A stretch of 64,000 nt of DNA, taken from the NCBI GenBank assembly GCA_049521175.1, contig JBEKPB010000001.1, forward strand, positions 92,440 to 156,439, given 5' to 3'. Positions 48,960 to 59,775 of the stretch are shown here, one piece after another; the stretch's first letter is position 1; the number at the start of each line of letters is the position of its first letter. Source of the stretch: Candidatus Limnocylindrales bacterium (GTDB lineage Bacteria > Chloroflexota > Limnocylindria > Limnocylindrales > CSP1-4). Made by a program: the position numbers and the translations under genes. Below the pieces are notes generated by a model, which was not told the DNA's origin, made no database searches, and was given only the letters and a program-made list of their open reading frames with translations.

Positions 48960-49850
48960 CTACCTCTTCAGACGCGGGTCGAGCGCCTCGCGCAGCCCGT
49001 CGCCCAGCAGGTTGAACCCGACGGCGCTGATCACGATCGCGGCGCCCGGGAAGAAGATGAGGTACGGAGCGGATTGAAGGAAGCGCGACGAGTCGGTCAA
49101 CATCTCGCCCCACTCGGCGATCCTCGGGTCGCCCGGGCCAAGCCCCAGGAAGCCCAGCCCCGCAACATCGATGATGGCCGTGGCCGCGGCCAGCGTGGCC
49201 TGCACGATCAGCGGCGTCAGCGCGTTCGGCAGCATGTGCCGCAGCAGGATGCGGACCGGCGAGGCGCCCATCGACCGGGCGGCGATGACGTAGTCCGACT
49301 CGCGCAGGGCAAGCAAGCTCCCTCTCAGTAAGCGGGCGAACATCGGCGAGTAGGAGATGCCCACCGCCAGCATGATCTGGATCTCGCCGTGACCCAGCCA
49401 GGCCACGATCCCGATGGCCAGGAGAATTCCGGGCACGGCCAGGAGGACGTCGATCACTCGCATGAGGACGCCGTCCACGATGCCGCCGGCCCCGCCGGCG
49501 ATGGCGCCCACGAGGGTTCCGCCGATCAACCCGAACAGAACGGCGATGACGCCGACGGTGAGGCTGATCCGGGCGCCGTAGAGCACGCGGCTGAACTCGT
49601 CGCGACCGAGCAGGTCCGTGCCCATCAGATGGGCTGCGCTCGGGCCCTGGCGGCCGTCCGCCAGAACACCTATCGTCGGGTCGTAGGGCGAGATGTAGGG
49701 CGCAAGGATCGCGCCGATCACGAAGATCGCGATGAAGACCATCCCCACGATGGCCGGCCCGTTGCGCATCAGGCGCCGGAGGGCGTCGCGCCACAGGCCG
49801 CGGCTGGCCCGCGCGGTAGAGGGGATCGCTACTGCGGTAGGGAACGTCAT
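48960..49850 (-). CDS. Dpp/Opp-type ABC permease (DppC-like).
   Basis: The protein has a BPD_transp_1 core and EAA-like loop ESDYVIAARSMGAS. Confidence 0.85.
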   Translation of the reverse strand: MTFPTAVAIPSTARASRGLWRDALRRLMRNGPAIVGMVFIAIFVIGAILAPYISPYDPTIGVLADGRQGPSAAHLMGTDLLGRDEFSRVLYGARISLTVGVIAVLFGLIGGTLVGAIAGGAGGIVDGVLMRVIDVLLAVPGILLAIGIVAWLGHGEIQIMLAVGISYSPMFARLLRGSLLALRESDYVIAARSMGASPVRILLRHMLPNALTPLIVQATLAAATAIIDVAGLGFLGLGPGDPRIAEWGEMLTDSSRFLQSAPYLIFFPGAAIVISAVGFNLLGDGLREALDPRLKR

Positions 49851-49851
49851 C

Positions 49852-50856
49852 TCAGCCGTACCTGATCCGCGGGTTCAGGAATGCGTAGCCCACGTCCACG
49901 ATCAGGTTCACGGTCATGAAGATCACCGCGAAGATCAGAACCAGAGACTGGACGACGATGAAATCGTGGTTCTGGATGGAGCTGACCACCCAGGAGCCCA
50001 CGCCGTTCCACGTGAACACCGTTTCGGTCAGCACGGCGCCGGCAAGGAGCGCTCCCGTCTCGAGCCCGATCACAGTGGTCACCGGCAGCCAGGCGTTCCG
50101 CATGATGTGGCGGCTGTTTACGCGGCGGTCGGTCAAGCCCTTGGCCCTGGCGGTCCGGACGTAGTCTTCGTTGCTGACGTCGATGACCGAGGCACGCGTG
50201 ATCCTGGTGAACACGGCCAGCGGGATCGAGCCGAGCGCGATCGATGGCAGGATGAGGTGGGACACCGCGTCGATGACGTACCAGTGGCCGGCCAGTATGG
50301 CGTCGATGATCGCAAAGTGGGTCACCGGGGGCACGTCGAGGCGCGGATCGATCTGGCCGAATGCCGGCAGCCAGTGGAGCTGGACGCCGAAGAAGAAGAC
50401 CAGGGTGTAGCCCAGGACGAATACGGGGATGGAGATTCCGAAGAGTGAGATCACGGTCACGACACCGTCGATCCAGCTATTCGGATGTCGGGCGGCCAGC
50501 CGGCCCAGGGGGATGCCCAGACCGACCGCGAAGATCATCGCGCCGATCGTCAGCTCGATCGTGCCCGGAAAGCGGATGAGGAAAGTGTCCGCCACCTGGC
50601 GGCCATCGATGAAGCTGGACCCCATGTCGCCCTGGAGCAGCCGCGCGAGGTAGGTCAGGTACTGCGTGTAGAGGGGCTTATCGAACCCCTCGGTCGCGCT
50701 GATCTGGGCGACGAGCTCCGGCGTGGCGTGCTGCCCAAGGATGGCCTCCGCCGGTCCCCCGCCGGGAAGGAGGCGCAGGAACAGAAAGAGGATCACAGAT
50801 AAGCCGAACAGGACCGGGATTGCCACGAGCAACCGCCGGACGATGAACCTTGCCAC
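49852..50856 (-). CDS. Dpp/Opp-type ABC permease (DppB-like).
   Basis: The N-terminus is MARFIVRRLLVAIPVLFGLSV. The EAA loop is EDYVRTARAKGL. Confidence 0.85.
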   Translation of the reverse strand: MARFIVRRLLVAIPVLFGLSVILFLFLRLLPGGGPAEAILGQHATPELVAQISATEGFDKPLYTQYLTYLARLLQGDMGSSFIDGRQVADTFLIRFPGTIELTIGAMIFAVGLGIPLGRLAARHPNSWIDGVVTVISLFGISIPVFVLGYTLVFFFGVQLHWLPAFGQIDPRLDVPPVTHFAIIDAILAGHWYVIDAVSHLILPSIALGSIPLAVFTRITRASVIDVSNEDYVRTARAKGLTDRRVNSRHIMRNAWLPVTTVIGLETGALLAGAVLTETVFTWNGVGSWVVSSIQNHDFIVVQSLVLIFAVIFMTVNLIVDVGYAFLNPRIRYG

Positions 50857-50885
50857 GCTGTGAGGAGATCCCTCCGCTGATAGTA

Positions 50886-50916
50886 GCCCCCCGGGGTCTT
50901 GGTGACCCCAGGGGGC
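50886..50916. other. GC-rich hairpin between the SBP gene and the permease genes.
   Basis: GCCCCCCGGGGTC-TTGGT-GACCCCAGGGGGC pairs 12 of 13 positions. Confidence 0.35.
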
Positions 50917-50972
50917 ATTGTTTCACGAGATCCTACTGCCTTGCCGAGCGGCCTCGCCGCCGGCTCTGGGCG

Positions 50973-52706
50973 CTACTTGGATAGCCAGACGGTGTTGAAG
51001 TACTCGATCCCGTTGCTGGCACCTACGAAGCCGTGCACCTTGGCGGTCAAGGCGCCTGGTGGTGTGGAGTTAACGATCGGAACTGCCGGCATGTCGGCCG
51101 CCAGGAGATCCTGGACCTGACCCCAGTCGGCGTTGGCCGCGTCGACGGTCGGCTCCGCGAGAGCCTTGAGCATCAGCGCGTTGGCCGCGTCGTTCTTCCA
51201 GCCGAACTGCAGGTTGGGCTTGCCACCCTGGTAGCCGAACCAAGCGGTGTAGAGGAAGTTGTCGGCACCGGCCCAGTCGCAGGTCCAGCCGAACAGGTAC
51301 AGCGAGAACTTGCCACCGGTGGCATCACTCACGTAGCCGCCGTGCCAGTCCTCGCTCTTGAGGGTAACCGTGAAGCCGATTGCCTGGAGATCCTGAGCGA
51401 TCGCCTGAGCAATGCCCTTGGGATCGGGCATGTACGGGCGCACGACGTTGGAGGGGTACTCGAGAACGATGTTGAGCTGGGCGGCAGTCAGGCCTGCAGC
51501 CTGCAGGTCGGTCTTGGCCTTCGTGGCATCGTAGGTCGGCAGCGTCTCGGCCTTGAAGCCGGTCGTGGCCGGTGGCATGAAGCCGGTCGGGACCTTGCCA
51601 AGGCCCGAGTAGAACGCGTCAACGTAGCTCTGCTTGTTTACCGCCTCTGCGATGGCCAGGCGGACGCTCTTGTTGGCGTAGATGGTCGGCGTGCCGCCGA
51701 CGCTCTGGTTGATGTCGAGGTTCAGCTGGTTGCAGGACGCACCGCGGTCGATGATGGTCAGACCCGAACTCTTGGCCGTGGTGACGTCCAGGGGCGAGAT
51801 CGAGAAAGCGGCGTCTACGCCGCCGGACTGCAGATCCTGCAGCTTGGCGGTGGAGTCACCGATTCCCTTGAACGTAATCTGGTCAAGGTGAGCCGCGTTG
51901 GCGGTGTCCCAGTAGTTCGGGTTCTTGACGACAGTTATGTGATCACCGGCAACCCATTCCTTGAACATGAAGGGGCCGGTGCCGACCATGTCTTGGCCTT
52001 GCGGAAGCAGGCCCTGGGCGTACTTGTTGTCCTTGAGGGGCGTGGTGTCGGCCTTGGCGGCCTTGAGCGCGGTCGGGCTCTGGATGGCGAAGACGGCCAG
52101 CGTCGAGGCAAGCAGGAAGTTGGACTGCGGGGTCTTCAGCTTGAAGACAACGGTGCTGGCGTCCGAGGCCGTCACAGACGCGATGTTGGAGGCGGTGCCG
52201 AAGCCACCGAAGACGGCGCCGTAGTAGTAGGCGTTGTCCTGGAGGTCGCCCTTACCGTAGGCCTGCCAGCGGTTGTAGTTGTACACGACGGCGTCCGCAT
52301 TGAAGTCCGTGCCGTCGTGGAACTTGATACCGGTCCGCAGCTTGAACGTGTAAGTCAGGCCGTCCGAGCTGACGGTGGGCAGCGCCGCAGCCAGTACAGG
52401 GATCACGGTGCTAATCGTTCCGGGCTGGAGCTGGACCAGGTTCTGGACGACCTGGGCCGCCACGTAGAGCGAGTTGCCGTCGCTGACAAGCGAGGGGTCA
52501 GCGAAGACCATGTCGCCGTCAAGGGCGACGATCATGTTGCCGCCGTTGACCGCCGTCGCTCCGGGCGTCGGGGTCGGGGCGTTGGTGGCCGGAACGACGG
52601 TCGACGGGCCCGCCGTGCTCGGTCCGGTAGTCGGTGTACTCGTGGTGCTGCTACAGGCCGTGGCAATCAGGGCCACCACGGCCAAGACGATGCCAAAACG
52701 CTTCAT
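50973..52706 (-). CDS. ABC family-5 substrate-binding lipoprotein (second SBP).
   Basis: The signal is MKRFGIVLAVVALIATACSS with AGGAGG upstream. A PT-rich linker is followed by the SBP_bac_5 core. The protein is about 50% similar to the 44788 SBP. Confidence 0.8.
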   Translation of the reverse strand: MKRFGIVLAVVALIATACSSTTSTPTTGPSTAGPSTVVPATNAPTPTPGATAVNGGNMIVALDGDMVFADPSLVSDGNSLYVAAQVVQNLVQLQPGTISTVIPVLAAALPTVSSDGLTYTFKLRTGIKFHDGTDFNADAVVYNYNRWQAYGKGDLQDNAYYYGAVFGGFGTASNIASVTASDASTVVFKLKTPQSNFLLASTLAVFAIQSPTALKAAKADTTPLKDNKYAQGLLPQGQDMVGTGPFMFKEWVAGDHITVVKNPNYWDTANAAHLDQITFKGIGDSTAKLQDLQSGGVDAAFSISPLDVTTAKSSGLTIIDRGASCNQLNLDINQSVGGTPTIYANKSVRLAIAEAVNKQSYVDAFYSGLGKVPTGFMPPATTGFKAETLPTYDATKAKTDLQAAGLTAAQLNIVLEYPSNVVRPYMPDPKGIAQAIAQDLQAIGFTVTLKSEDWHGGYVSDATGGKFSLYLFGWTCDWAGADNFLYTAWFGYQGGKPNLQFGWKNDAANALMLKALAEPTVDAANADWGQVQDLLAADMPAVPIVNSTPPGALTAKVHGFVGASNGIEYFNTVWLSK

Positions 52707-52901
52707 CTCTACTCCCATCCTCCTGACATAGATGCCGGGACCGGCTGCAGTCGCGCCTGAGACGCTCTTGGGTGTCAGTTCCGGCAGCGAGAAAACCGCC
52801 CTGGGCTTAGGGCGTCGTGACGCGCTTCTCACCGTACACCAGACCGGGCCAAGACGCTCGGCCAAGTTGGTCACTCGACGGCAAATAGCTCGGAGCCAGA
52901 T

Positions 52902-54014
52902 TCAATCGGCCGCGGCGACCGCCGTCTCTACTACAGACTGCCGCGAGGCCGCCTCTTGAGCTGCCTGGTCCGAGACCTGCTCGGCAAAGTGGCAAGCAGA
53001 CATCTGACCCCCGCCCATGTCGCGCAGCGGCGGATCGACGGTCGCGCATTGCTCCGGGTTTCCGAGCTTCTCTCGCAGCCAGCAGCGCGTATGGAAGCGA
53101 CAGCCCGACGGCGGGTTTGCCGGGGACGGAACGTCGCCACGCAGCACGAGGCGCTTCTTGCGGACGCGCGGGTCCGGGTCGGGAATGGCCGACAGCAGGG
53201 CGACGCTATAAGGGTGGCGCGGGCCTTTGAAGAGCTGGTCCGCGGTGGCGACCTCCGCCATCTTGCCGAGATACATGACGCCGATCCGATCGCTCACGTA
53301 CTCGATGACCGAGAGGTTGTGGGCGATGAACAGGTACGTCAGGTCGAATTCCCGCCGGAGGTCCAGCAGAAGGTTGAGGATCTGCGACTGGATCGATACG
53401 TCGAGGGCCGACACCGCCTCGTCGCAGACGATGAACTCCGGATCGAGGGCAAGCGCTCGAGCGATTCCGATGCGCTGGCGCTGGCCGCCGGAGAACTCGT
53501 GCGGATAGCGCCGGGTGTAATCCCGCCTCAAACCGACGGCTTCCAGCGTGTCCTCGACCTTCTTCATCCGGGCCGCGCTGGACTTCATCCCCTGGGCCAG
53601 CAGTCCTTCCCCGATGATGTCGCTGACCGGCATGCGCGGGTTCAGGGAACCGTAGGGATCCTGGAAGATCAGCTGCATGCGGCGCCGCATATGGCGCAGC
53701 TCGGTCGACTTCAGCTTACTGAGGTCCTTGCCGCCGACCTCGACAGAGCCGGCCGTCGGGCGCTGCAAGTAGAGGACGGTTCGGCCGAGCGTGGTCTTGC
53801 CGCAGCCGGATTCCCCGACCAGGCCGAATATCTCGCCCTTTTGGATGTCGAAGCTGACGCCGTCGACGGCCTTAACGTCACCGACCTTGTGACGCAGGAT
53901 GCCGCCCATGATCGGGAAGTACTTGACCAGACCCTTGGCAGAGACCAGCGTCTCGGCCTGCAACAGCTCGACTGGCGTCGTCTCGGGAGCAGTGGCCGTC
54001 TGAATCTCAGTCAT
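52902..54014 (-). CDS. Oligopeptide/dipeptide ABC ATP-binding protein (DppF-like), second system.
   Basis: The protein contains GESGCGKTT and LSGGQRQR. Its ATG overlaps the upstream stop (ATGA). Confidence 0.8.
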   Translation of the reverse strand: MTEIQTATAPETTPVELLQAETLVSAKGLVKYFPIMGGILRHKVGDVKAVDGVSFDIQKGEIFGLVGESGCGKTTLGRTVLYLQRPTAGSVEVGGKDLSKLKSTELRHMRRRMQLIFQDPYGSLNPRMPVSDIIGEGLLAQGMKSSAARMKKVEDTLEAVGLRRDYTRRYPHEFSGGQRQRIGIARALALDPEFIVCDEAVSALDVSIQSQILNLLLDLRREFDLTYLFIAHNLSVIEYVSDRIGVMYLGKMAEVATADQLFKGPRHPYSVALLSAIPDPDPRVRKKRLVLRGDVPSPANPPSGCRFHTRCWLREKLGNPEQCATVDPPLRDMGGGQMSACHFAEQVSDQAAQEAASRQSVVETAVAAAD

Positions 54015-55123
54015 CGCTTGTCCACCCGCACCTTGGCCACGGGACCCGATCCATCCCCATTTCGACTCACTGGCCGCTCGGAGATCGGGTAATGGAGCCA
54101 GCATGCCGCCTCGCGGTCCGGGTCCGTGATCCGGAGCGGCGGATCGAACTCGCGACAGGTGTCGAAAGCCAACGGACACCGCGGCTCGAACCGGCAACCC
54201 TTGGGCATGCGGAACGGGTTCGGCACCGTGCCCTTGATCACGTTGAGGCGCTGACCGCGCGGCACGTTGGACGGTATCGAGGTGATCAGGCCCTGGGTGT
54301 AGGGATGCTTCGGGTTGATGAGCACCTCTTCAGCCGTGCCAGTCTCGACGATCTTCCCGGCGTACATGACGGCCATCCGCTGCACCGTCTCGGCTACGAC
54401 CGCAAGGTCGTGTGTGATCAGAAGGAGCGCGGCGCCCGTCCGTTCCTGCATCGCCTTGATTAGCTCGAGAATCTGGGCCTGGATAGTCACGTCGAGGGCC
54501 GTGGTCGGCTCGTCGGCGATGATCAGCTTCGGGTCGCAGCTCAGAGCCATGGCGATCATGACCCTCTGCCGCATGCCGCCCGAAAGCTCGTGCGGGTACT
54601 GATTGGCGCGCCGCTCAGGGGACGGAATTCCGACGGCCTCCAGCATCTCCACGGCCCGGTCCCAGGCTCCGCGAGCGGAGACCTGCCGGTGCGCCTTGAC
54701 CGCCTCGGCTATCTGGTTGCCCACGGTGAAGACCGGGTTGAGCGACGTCATGGGCTCCTGGAAGATCATGCTCATGTCGCTGCCGCGGATCTGGCGCATC
54801 TCCGACATGGGCAGCGAGAGGATCTCGCGACCGTCGAACCAGATCTCGCCGGATACGATCTCGCCGGGCGGGATATCCACGAGCCGCATGATCGTCAGCG
54901 AGGTGACGCTCTTGCCGCAGCCCGACTCCCCGACCAGGCCGAGCGTCTCGCCGCGCTTGAGCTGGAAGTCGACGCCGTCGACCGCAGGCACCGTCCCGTC
55001 CATGACATGGAAGTACGTCTTGAGGCCGCGCACGTCGAGCAGGACGTCCGGCGGCGGCGGGGGGCCGACATGACGCCGCTCAGCGACCGGCGAGACATGC
55101 TCGAGATCGACGACGGTGGTCAT
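54011..55123 (-). CDS. Oligopeptide/dipeptide ABC ATP-binding protein (DppD-like), second system.
   Basis: The N-terminus is [10 protein letters not shown]. The protein contains GESGCGKSV and LSGGMRQR. Confidence 0.8.
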   Translation of the reverse strand: MTTVVDLEHVSPVAERRHVGPPPPPDVLLDVRGLKTYFHVMDGTVPAVDGVDFQLKRGETLGLVGESGCGKSVTSLTIMRLVDIPPGEIVSGEIWFDGREILSLPMSEMRQIRGSDMSMIFQEPMTSLNPVFTVGNQIAEAVKAHRQVSARGAWDRAVEMLEAVGIPSPERRANQYPHELSGGMRQRVMIAMALSCDPKLIIADEPTTALDVTIQAQILELIKAMQERTGAALLLITHDLAVVAETVQRMAVMYAGKIVETGTAEEVLINPKHPYTQGLITSIPSNVPRGQRLNVIKGTVPNPFRMPKGCRFEPRCPLAFDTCREFDPPLRITDPDREAACWLHYPISERPVSRNGDGSGPVAKVRVDKR

Positions 55124-56073
55124 ATGCGGGACCTCGGGTCGAGGGCGTCGTGGAGTCCGTCACCGATGAAGTTGATCGAGATGACGGTGAGGGCGATGCA
55201 CAGGCCCGGGAAGAACGCCCACCACCAGTTGCCGTCTCCCATCGCCCCCTGCGAGTTGGACAGGGCGTTGCCCCATGTCGCCTCGGTGGCCGCGATACCG
55301 AAGTTGAGATAGCTCACGAAAGCCTCCAGCACGATGTTGGAGGCCATGAGCAGGGTCATAACCACGATGACAGGCCCGAGGGCGTTGGGCAGGATGTGTC
55401 GGAACGTGATCCTGAGGTTGCTCACGCCGACAGCTCGCGCAGCCTCCACGAAATCCGTTTCACGCAGGCTCAGGAATTGGGCCCGGACGAGCCGGGCGAT
55501 CAACCCCCACTGGAGTAAGCCGAACACGAGGATCAACGCAAGCATGCTGCCCTGGCCGAAGAAGACCGCGGCGACGAGGATCAGGAAGAGCAGCGGGACT
55601 GCGAACGAGACGTCGACGATCCGCATCAGGAGGTTGTCGACGGCGCCGCCAGCAGCACCCGAGACGGCCCCGACGATGACGCCGATGAAGCCGGCGATGA
55701 GAGTGGCAAACAGCCCGACCGCCAGCGACACGTGCGCCCCGTTGACCACGTTGGTGAAGACGTCGCGGCCGGCGTCGTCGGTTCCGAACAGGTGCTGGAG
55801 CGTCGGAGGATCGCCGCCCTGCTCCTTGGCGCCCGGGATGTCGATAGGGTTGTAGGGGGCCACGATCGGGCCGATGATCGCGATCAGGATGATCGCGGAG
55901 AAGACGGCAAGCCCAACCAGGGCCATCCGGTGGCGAAGGAAGCGCTTCAGGGCCAGCTGCCACTGGTTGAGCGATACGAGGGCGACCTCTACGTCGGGGG
56001 TGGTGTCGATGTCGACAACGGCAGCCGGCAGCTCGACCGCCGGGCCCGGGGTGACTTCAGTACGCGATGTCAT
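55120..56073 (-). CDS. Dpp/Opp-type ABC permease (DppC-like), second system.
   Basis: The protein has a BPD_transp_1 core. The EAA loop is [14 protein letters not shown]. Confidence 0.85.
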   Translation of the reverse strand: MTSRTEVTPGPAVELPAAVVDIDTTPDVEVALVSLNQWQLALKRFLRHRMALVGLAVFSAIILIAIIGPIVAPYNPIDIPGAKEQGGDPPTLQHLFGTDDAGRDVFTNVVNGAHVSLAVGLFATLIAGFIGVIVGAVSGAAGGAVDNLLMRIVDVSFAVPLLFLILVAAVFFGQGSMLALILVFGLLQWGLIARLVRAQFLSLRETDFVEAARAVGVSNLRITFRHILPNALGPVIVVMTLLMASNIVLEAFVSYLNFGIAATEATWGNALSNSQGAMGDGNWWWAFFPGLCIALTVISINFIGDGLHDALDPRSRI

Positions 56074-56082
56074 TTCTGGGCC

Positions 56083-57189
56083 TCAGTCGTATCGAATCCG
56101 AGGGTCGGCGACGGCGTAGAGAACGTCGGCGACCAGGTTGAACGCCACCACCATGATCGACGCTATGAACACGATGCCCATCAGCAGGAAGTAATCGTGC
56201 GCCAGCAGACCCGTGTAGAAGAGGTAGCCCATGCCCTGCAGGCTGAAGATGGTCTCGGTCACGATTGCGCCCGAGAAGATGAACGCCATCTCCAGCGCGG
56301 CGTTGGTGATGATCGGCAGCAGGGCGTTCCGGAATGCGTGGCGGAATACGACACGCCGCTCGCCCAACCCCTTGGCTCGCGCCGTTCGGACGTAGTCCTG
56401 GTTCAGCGACTCCAACATTGCAGAGCGAACGAACCGGCTATCGCCGGCGACGCTCACGGCAACGAGCGTGATCACCGGTAGAACCAGGTGTGTGCCGACA
56501 TCCCAGCCGTACTTGAGGGGATTGGTCCAGAAGGCCTGCCACCAGATCGCCGAGGCGAAAGGCCCGGGCGAAATCCGGGGCGATTGGATCAGCTGGGTCG
56601 GGAACCAGTGCAGAGAGACCCCGAAGAGGAATATGAGCATCAGGCCCAGCCAGAAGGTGGGCAGCGAATAGAAGGTGTAGCTCATCAGGGTCACGACCTG
56701 GTCGAAGAGGCTGTACCGCTTGACCGCGCCGAGCACGCCCAAGACAAGCGCCATGGTGATCCAGATGATCGTGGCAGTGATCATGAGCAACAGGGTCACC
56801 GGCAGCCGGCCAAGGATGATGTCGAGGACGGGCTGGTTCAGGGAGATCGAGATGCCCCAGTCGCCGTGCAGCATGCCGTTGTCGCCGCCGCCCAGGAACC
56901 CGGGCAGGAAGTTGGGCAGGTTGTGGGAGCTCAGGAGGCTGCTGTTGTTGCAGTTCCAGACGCCCAACCAGCCGCCGTACTCCTTGAGCATGTCGATGGG
57001 GCTCGGATTGCGGACCAGGCACCAGTGCTGGAGCCAGGCGGTGACCTGATCCTGGGTGACGAACCGGTTCTGGTTGAACTGGGCCTGCGGTCCTCCGGGC
57101 GCCATGAGCATCAGGAAGAAGCAGATCACCGTGATCAGGAAGAGGACCGGGATGGCCTGGAGCAGGCGCCGGATGATGTACTTGATCAT
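56083..57189 (-). CDS. Dpp/Opp-type ABC permease (DppB-like), second system.
   Basis: The N-terminus is MIKYIIRRLLQAIPVLFLITV. The EAA loop is QDYVRTARAKGL. Confidence 0.85.
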   Translation of the reverse strand: MIKYIIRRLLQAIPVLFLITVICFFLMLMAPGGPQAQFNQNRFVTQDQVTAWLQHWCLVRNPSPIDMLKEYGGWLGVWNCNNSSLLSSHNLPNFLPGFLGGGDNGMLHGDWGISISLNQPVLDIILGRLPVTLLLMITATIIWITMALVLGVLGAVKRYSLFDQVVTLMSYTFYSLPTFWLGLMLIFLFGVSLHWFPTQLIQSPRISPGPFASAIWWQAFWTNPLKYGWDVGTHLVLPVITLVAVSVAGDSRFVRSAMLESLNQDYVRTARAKGLGERRVVFRHAFRNALLPIITNAALEMAFIFSGAIVTETIFSLQGMGYLFYTGLLAHDYFLLMGIVFIASIMVVAFNLVADVLYAVADPRIRYD

Positions 57190-57357
57190 CTCTCTACCAC
57201 TTGCCCTGCTCTGCAGCCGGGTCGATTCTGGCGGGCGCCGCGCCGCGGCTCAGACAAGTCGAACCGAACGGCCTGGGACCGGACCGACGGCCGACGCCCG
57301 AAGTTCGCAACAGAGTACAGCAGACTGTGATTGCCGTTTATGGGGTTCGGAACGTCA

Positions 57358-57398
57358 AAGGGGGCGGACGATGGAGATCCATCGCCCGCCCCCTTTTT
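57358..57398. terminator. Strong intrinsic terminator/attenuator hairpin downstream of the SBP gene.
   Basis: AAAGGGGGCGGACGATGG-AGAT-CCATCGCCCGCCCCCTTTTT is a 16-bp stem with one mismatch, flanked by A/T runs. Confidence 0.6.
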
Positions 57399-57427
57399 GG
57401 CCGGACTGAAAGGCTATCTGACTCGGT

Positions 57428-59314
57428 TTACTGGTAGAACCAGTCCTCCGGGTCCCACGTCGGGCCGATCGAGCTCGGGTTGTAGCCCGGCCAGTTGCCA
57501 ACGTGGGCGCCGATGCCCGTGACCTCAGCGCGGTAGTAGATCGGGATCTCCGGAAGCCCGGCCACGTAGGCCTGCTGAACCGCGACCATCGCGCTCAGCT
57601 GGTCCTTCGGGTCGACGGCCGTCTGGAGGATCTTGAGGGCCGCGTCCATGGCAGGACTGCTGAACCGAGAGTCGTTGGCCCCGTTGTGACCCGTGGCCGC
57701 GTTGTCCGGGAACTGCGTGCTGTCATAGACCGGATCGTTGTCGCTGTAGGGGCTGCCGCCGAGGATGTACGCGTAGTCGACGATGTCGTAGTTGCCGCGG
57801 TACATCTCGCAATCCTTGTTAGGAGTGCTGGCGGTGTCGTTCCAGCCTGCGAACACCACGGAGCTGGCGTCGGCGGTCTCGATGTGGCTCTTGATGCCGA
57901 CTGCCTGCAGGTCGCCCTGGAGCTTCTGCAGCTCAGTCAGTCGGACGGAGTTGCCGGCCGTCGTGCACAGCAGCAGATCGATGGTCTTGCCGTTGTACGT
58001 CCGGAGTCCGTCGGAGCCCTTGGTCAACTTGGCTGCGTCGAGCAGCGTGTTCGCATCGGCCACGTTGTACGTCGGGCAGGTGACTGTGGCCGCGTACCAG
58101 AGGTTCGGCGGAACGTTCGAGCAGGCCGGCGTGACGCCTGCGCCTGGGAAGACCGCATCGATGATGGACTGCTTGTCTACCGACTCGTAGATGGCCTTAC
58201 GAACGTTGACGTCAGACAGGAATGGAGCATTCTTGCTGGCGTTGTTCATGTCGAAGTGTTCGTACTGCCAGGCCGGCGTGGTCTCTTCCTTACCGATCGA
58301 CGGATCCACGGCGCTGACGGTCTTGGCGTCGGCGGTGGACATGTCGAAGGCAAGGTCGATCTCGCCATTCTTGAAGGCGGCGATCATGCCGCTCTTATCC
58401 GTGAAGTACTGGAACTTGAGCCCGGAGAGGTACGGCGCGTGCAGGCCACCGACGCCGCCGGCCCAGTTCGGGTTCGGCTTGTAGTCGATCTCGGTCGCGC
58501 TGGCGGCCGTGATCATGAAGGGACCGCTCCACGGCACGCTGGCCACGGCCGCACTCACCGGCATCGACTTGGTCGATGCGTCGGCGATCGCGATCGTGCT
58601 CATGTAATGCTGCGGCAGGATCGTGGCGGGGCCGGTAAGGAACGAAAGCCAGCTGGCGTACAGCTGGGCGAAGTGGATCGAGACGGTCAGCCCGTCAGAG
58701 GAGACGTCGACCTTGTCGATCAGGTTGATCGTCTTGCCGCTGGCATTGGTGGTGGTGAACCCGACGCCGCAGGACGTGCAGCCCTTCTGGGCCGGATCCT
58801 GAGCCCACTTGACGGTGTATGCGAAGTCCGCGCCGGTGAGCGGCTGGCCATCGGACCACTTGAGATTCGGCTTGAGGGTGACCTTGACGGTCATTCCCGT
58901 GCCACTCGGGTCGATGGTGAGACCACCGTTGTCCGCGGTCGGGACCGCGGCGGCGAGGTCAGGAACGAACTTGCCGTCGGAGCTGATGGTCAGGAAGCCG
59001 CGCATCGCCGGCTGGATCGCTTCGAAGTCGGTGAAAGCGGTGGTGAAGAACGGGTTCAGCTGGACAACAGGCTGCCACTCGCCCATGACCAGCGTTCCAC
59101 CAGTCTTGCCGGGGCCCGGATTGTAGTTGGTGCCGAACAGCGCCTTCTGCAGGTCACTGAGCGTTGGGCTGGGGGCCGGAGTGACCACGGGTGTCTGGGT
59201 GGTCGTCCCTGTGGCTGGTGCCGCCGGCGTAGGCGTCGTCGTGCTGCTCGAGCAAGCGGCAAATACCAGCACCGCAATCGAGAGCAATCCCGTTAAGCGT
59301 TTCGACATCGACAT
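57428..59314 (-). CDS. ABC family-5 substrate-binding lipoprotein (third SBP).
   Basis: The signal is MSMSKRLTGLLSIAVLVFAACSSS. A PT linker is followed by the SBP_bac_5 core. Confidence 0.8.
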   Translation of the reverse strand: MSMSKRLTGLLSIAVLVFAACSSSTTTPTPAAPATGTTTQTPVVTPAPSPTLSDLQKALFGTNYNPGPGKTGGTLVMGEWQPVVQLNPFFTTAFTDFEAIQPAMRGFLTISSDGKFVPDLAAAVPTADNGGLTIDPSGTGMTVKVTLKPNLKWSDGQPLTGADFAYTVKWAQDPAQKGCTSCGVGFTTTNASGKTINLIDKVDVSSDGLTVSIHFAQLYASWLSFLTGPATILPQHYMSTIAIADASTKSMPVSAAVASVPWSGPFMITAASATEIDYKPNPNWAGGVGGLHAPYLSGLKFQYFTDKSGMIAAFKNGEIDLAFDMSTADAKTVSAVDPSIGKEETTPAWQYEHFDMNNASKNAPFLSDVNVRKAIYESVDKQSIIDAVFPGAGVTPACSNVPPNLWYAATVTCPTYNVADANTLLDAAKLTKGSDGLRTYNGKTIDLLLCTTAGNSVRLTELQKLQGDLQAVGIKSHIETADASSVVFAGWNDTASTPNKDCEMYRGNYDIVDYAYILGGSPYSDNDPVYDSTQFPDNAATGHNGANDSRFSSPAMDAALKILQTAVDPKDQLSAMVAVQQAYVAGLPEIPIYYRAEVTGIGAHVGNWPGYNPSSIGPTWDPEDWFYQ

Positions 59315-59394
59315 CCTCCCAGATGGCTGTTCCCCGCTGCAACGAAGGCACTGCCCCCGTTCGTCTCCACCTCCCGTTTAGGGCGCCGAACGGA

Positions 59395-59410
59395 GCAACA
59401 TCGATGTTGC
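59395..59410. promoter_or_regulatory. Candidate operator: a perfect 16-bp palindrome upstream of the SBP gene.
   Basis: GCAACATC|GATGTTGC is AT-balanced within a 70% GC background. It lies about 85 nt upstream of the SBP start codon. Confidence 0.3.
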
Positions 59411-59775
59411 AGTCGGGTGGGCTTGACCGCCTGTCCGAACACTATGAGCGGCGGTTGCAGACGTGTCAAACGTCCCTTTTCGGGGGACAGAGGACAGTTC
59501 CGCACCTCCGTCGGGTCGCTTCGACGACCCTGAAACGAGACGGACAAGGCGTTCGGTCCGCTATCCGCAATACGCAACCGGCTCGTCGCCGGTTCACCGG
59601 AAACCGCCTGGCAGCCGCCTGAACGGGAACACGACCTCGCCCTTCCGTACCGCCGGGGCCGGACCCACGCCCGCCGCTCGTGGATCCGCGAGGCTCAGCC
59701 CGCCTTCCATACCGATGGAACGCAAGAGAATCGCGTCCCGGTCGTGGTTGCGGATGCTATCGGCGCTTCCCTCGA

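Noticed and set aside
47881-49794. A 637-aa ORF.
   Set aside because: The C-terminal 358 aa are the DppD ATPase. The upstream portion is an alternative frame of the dppC permease gene.
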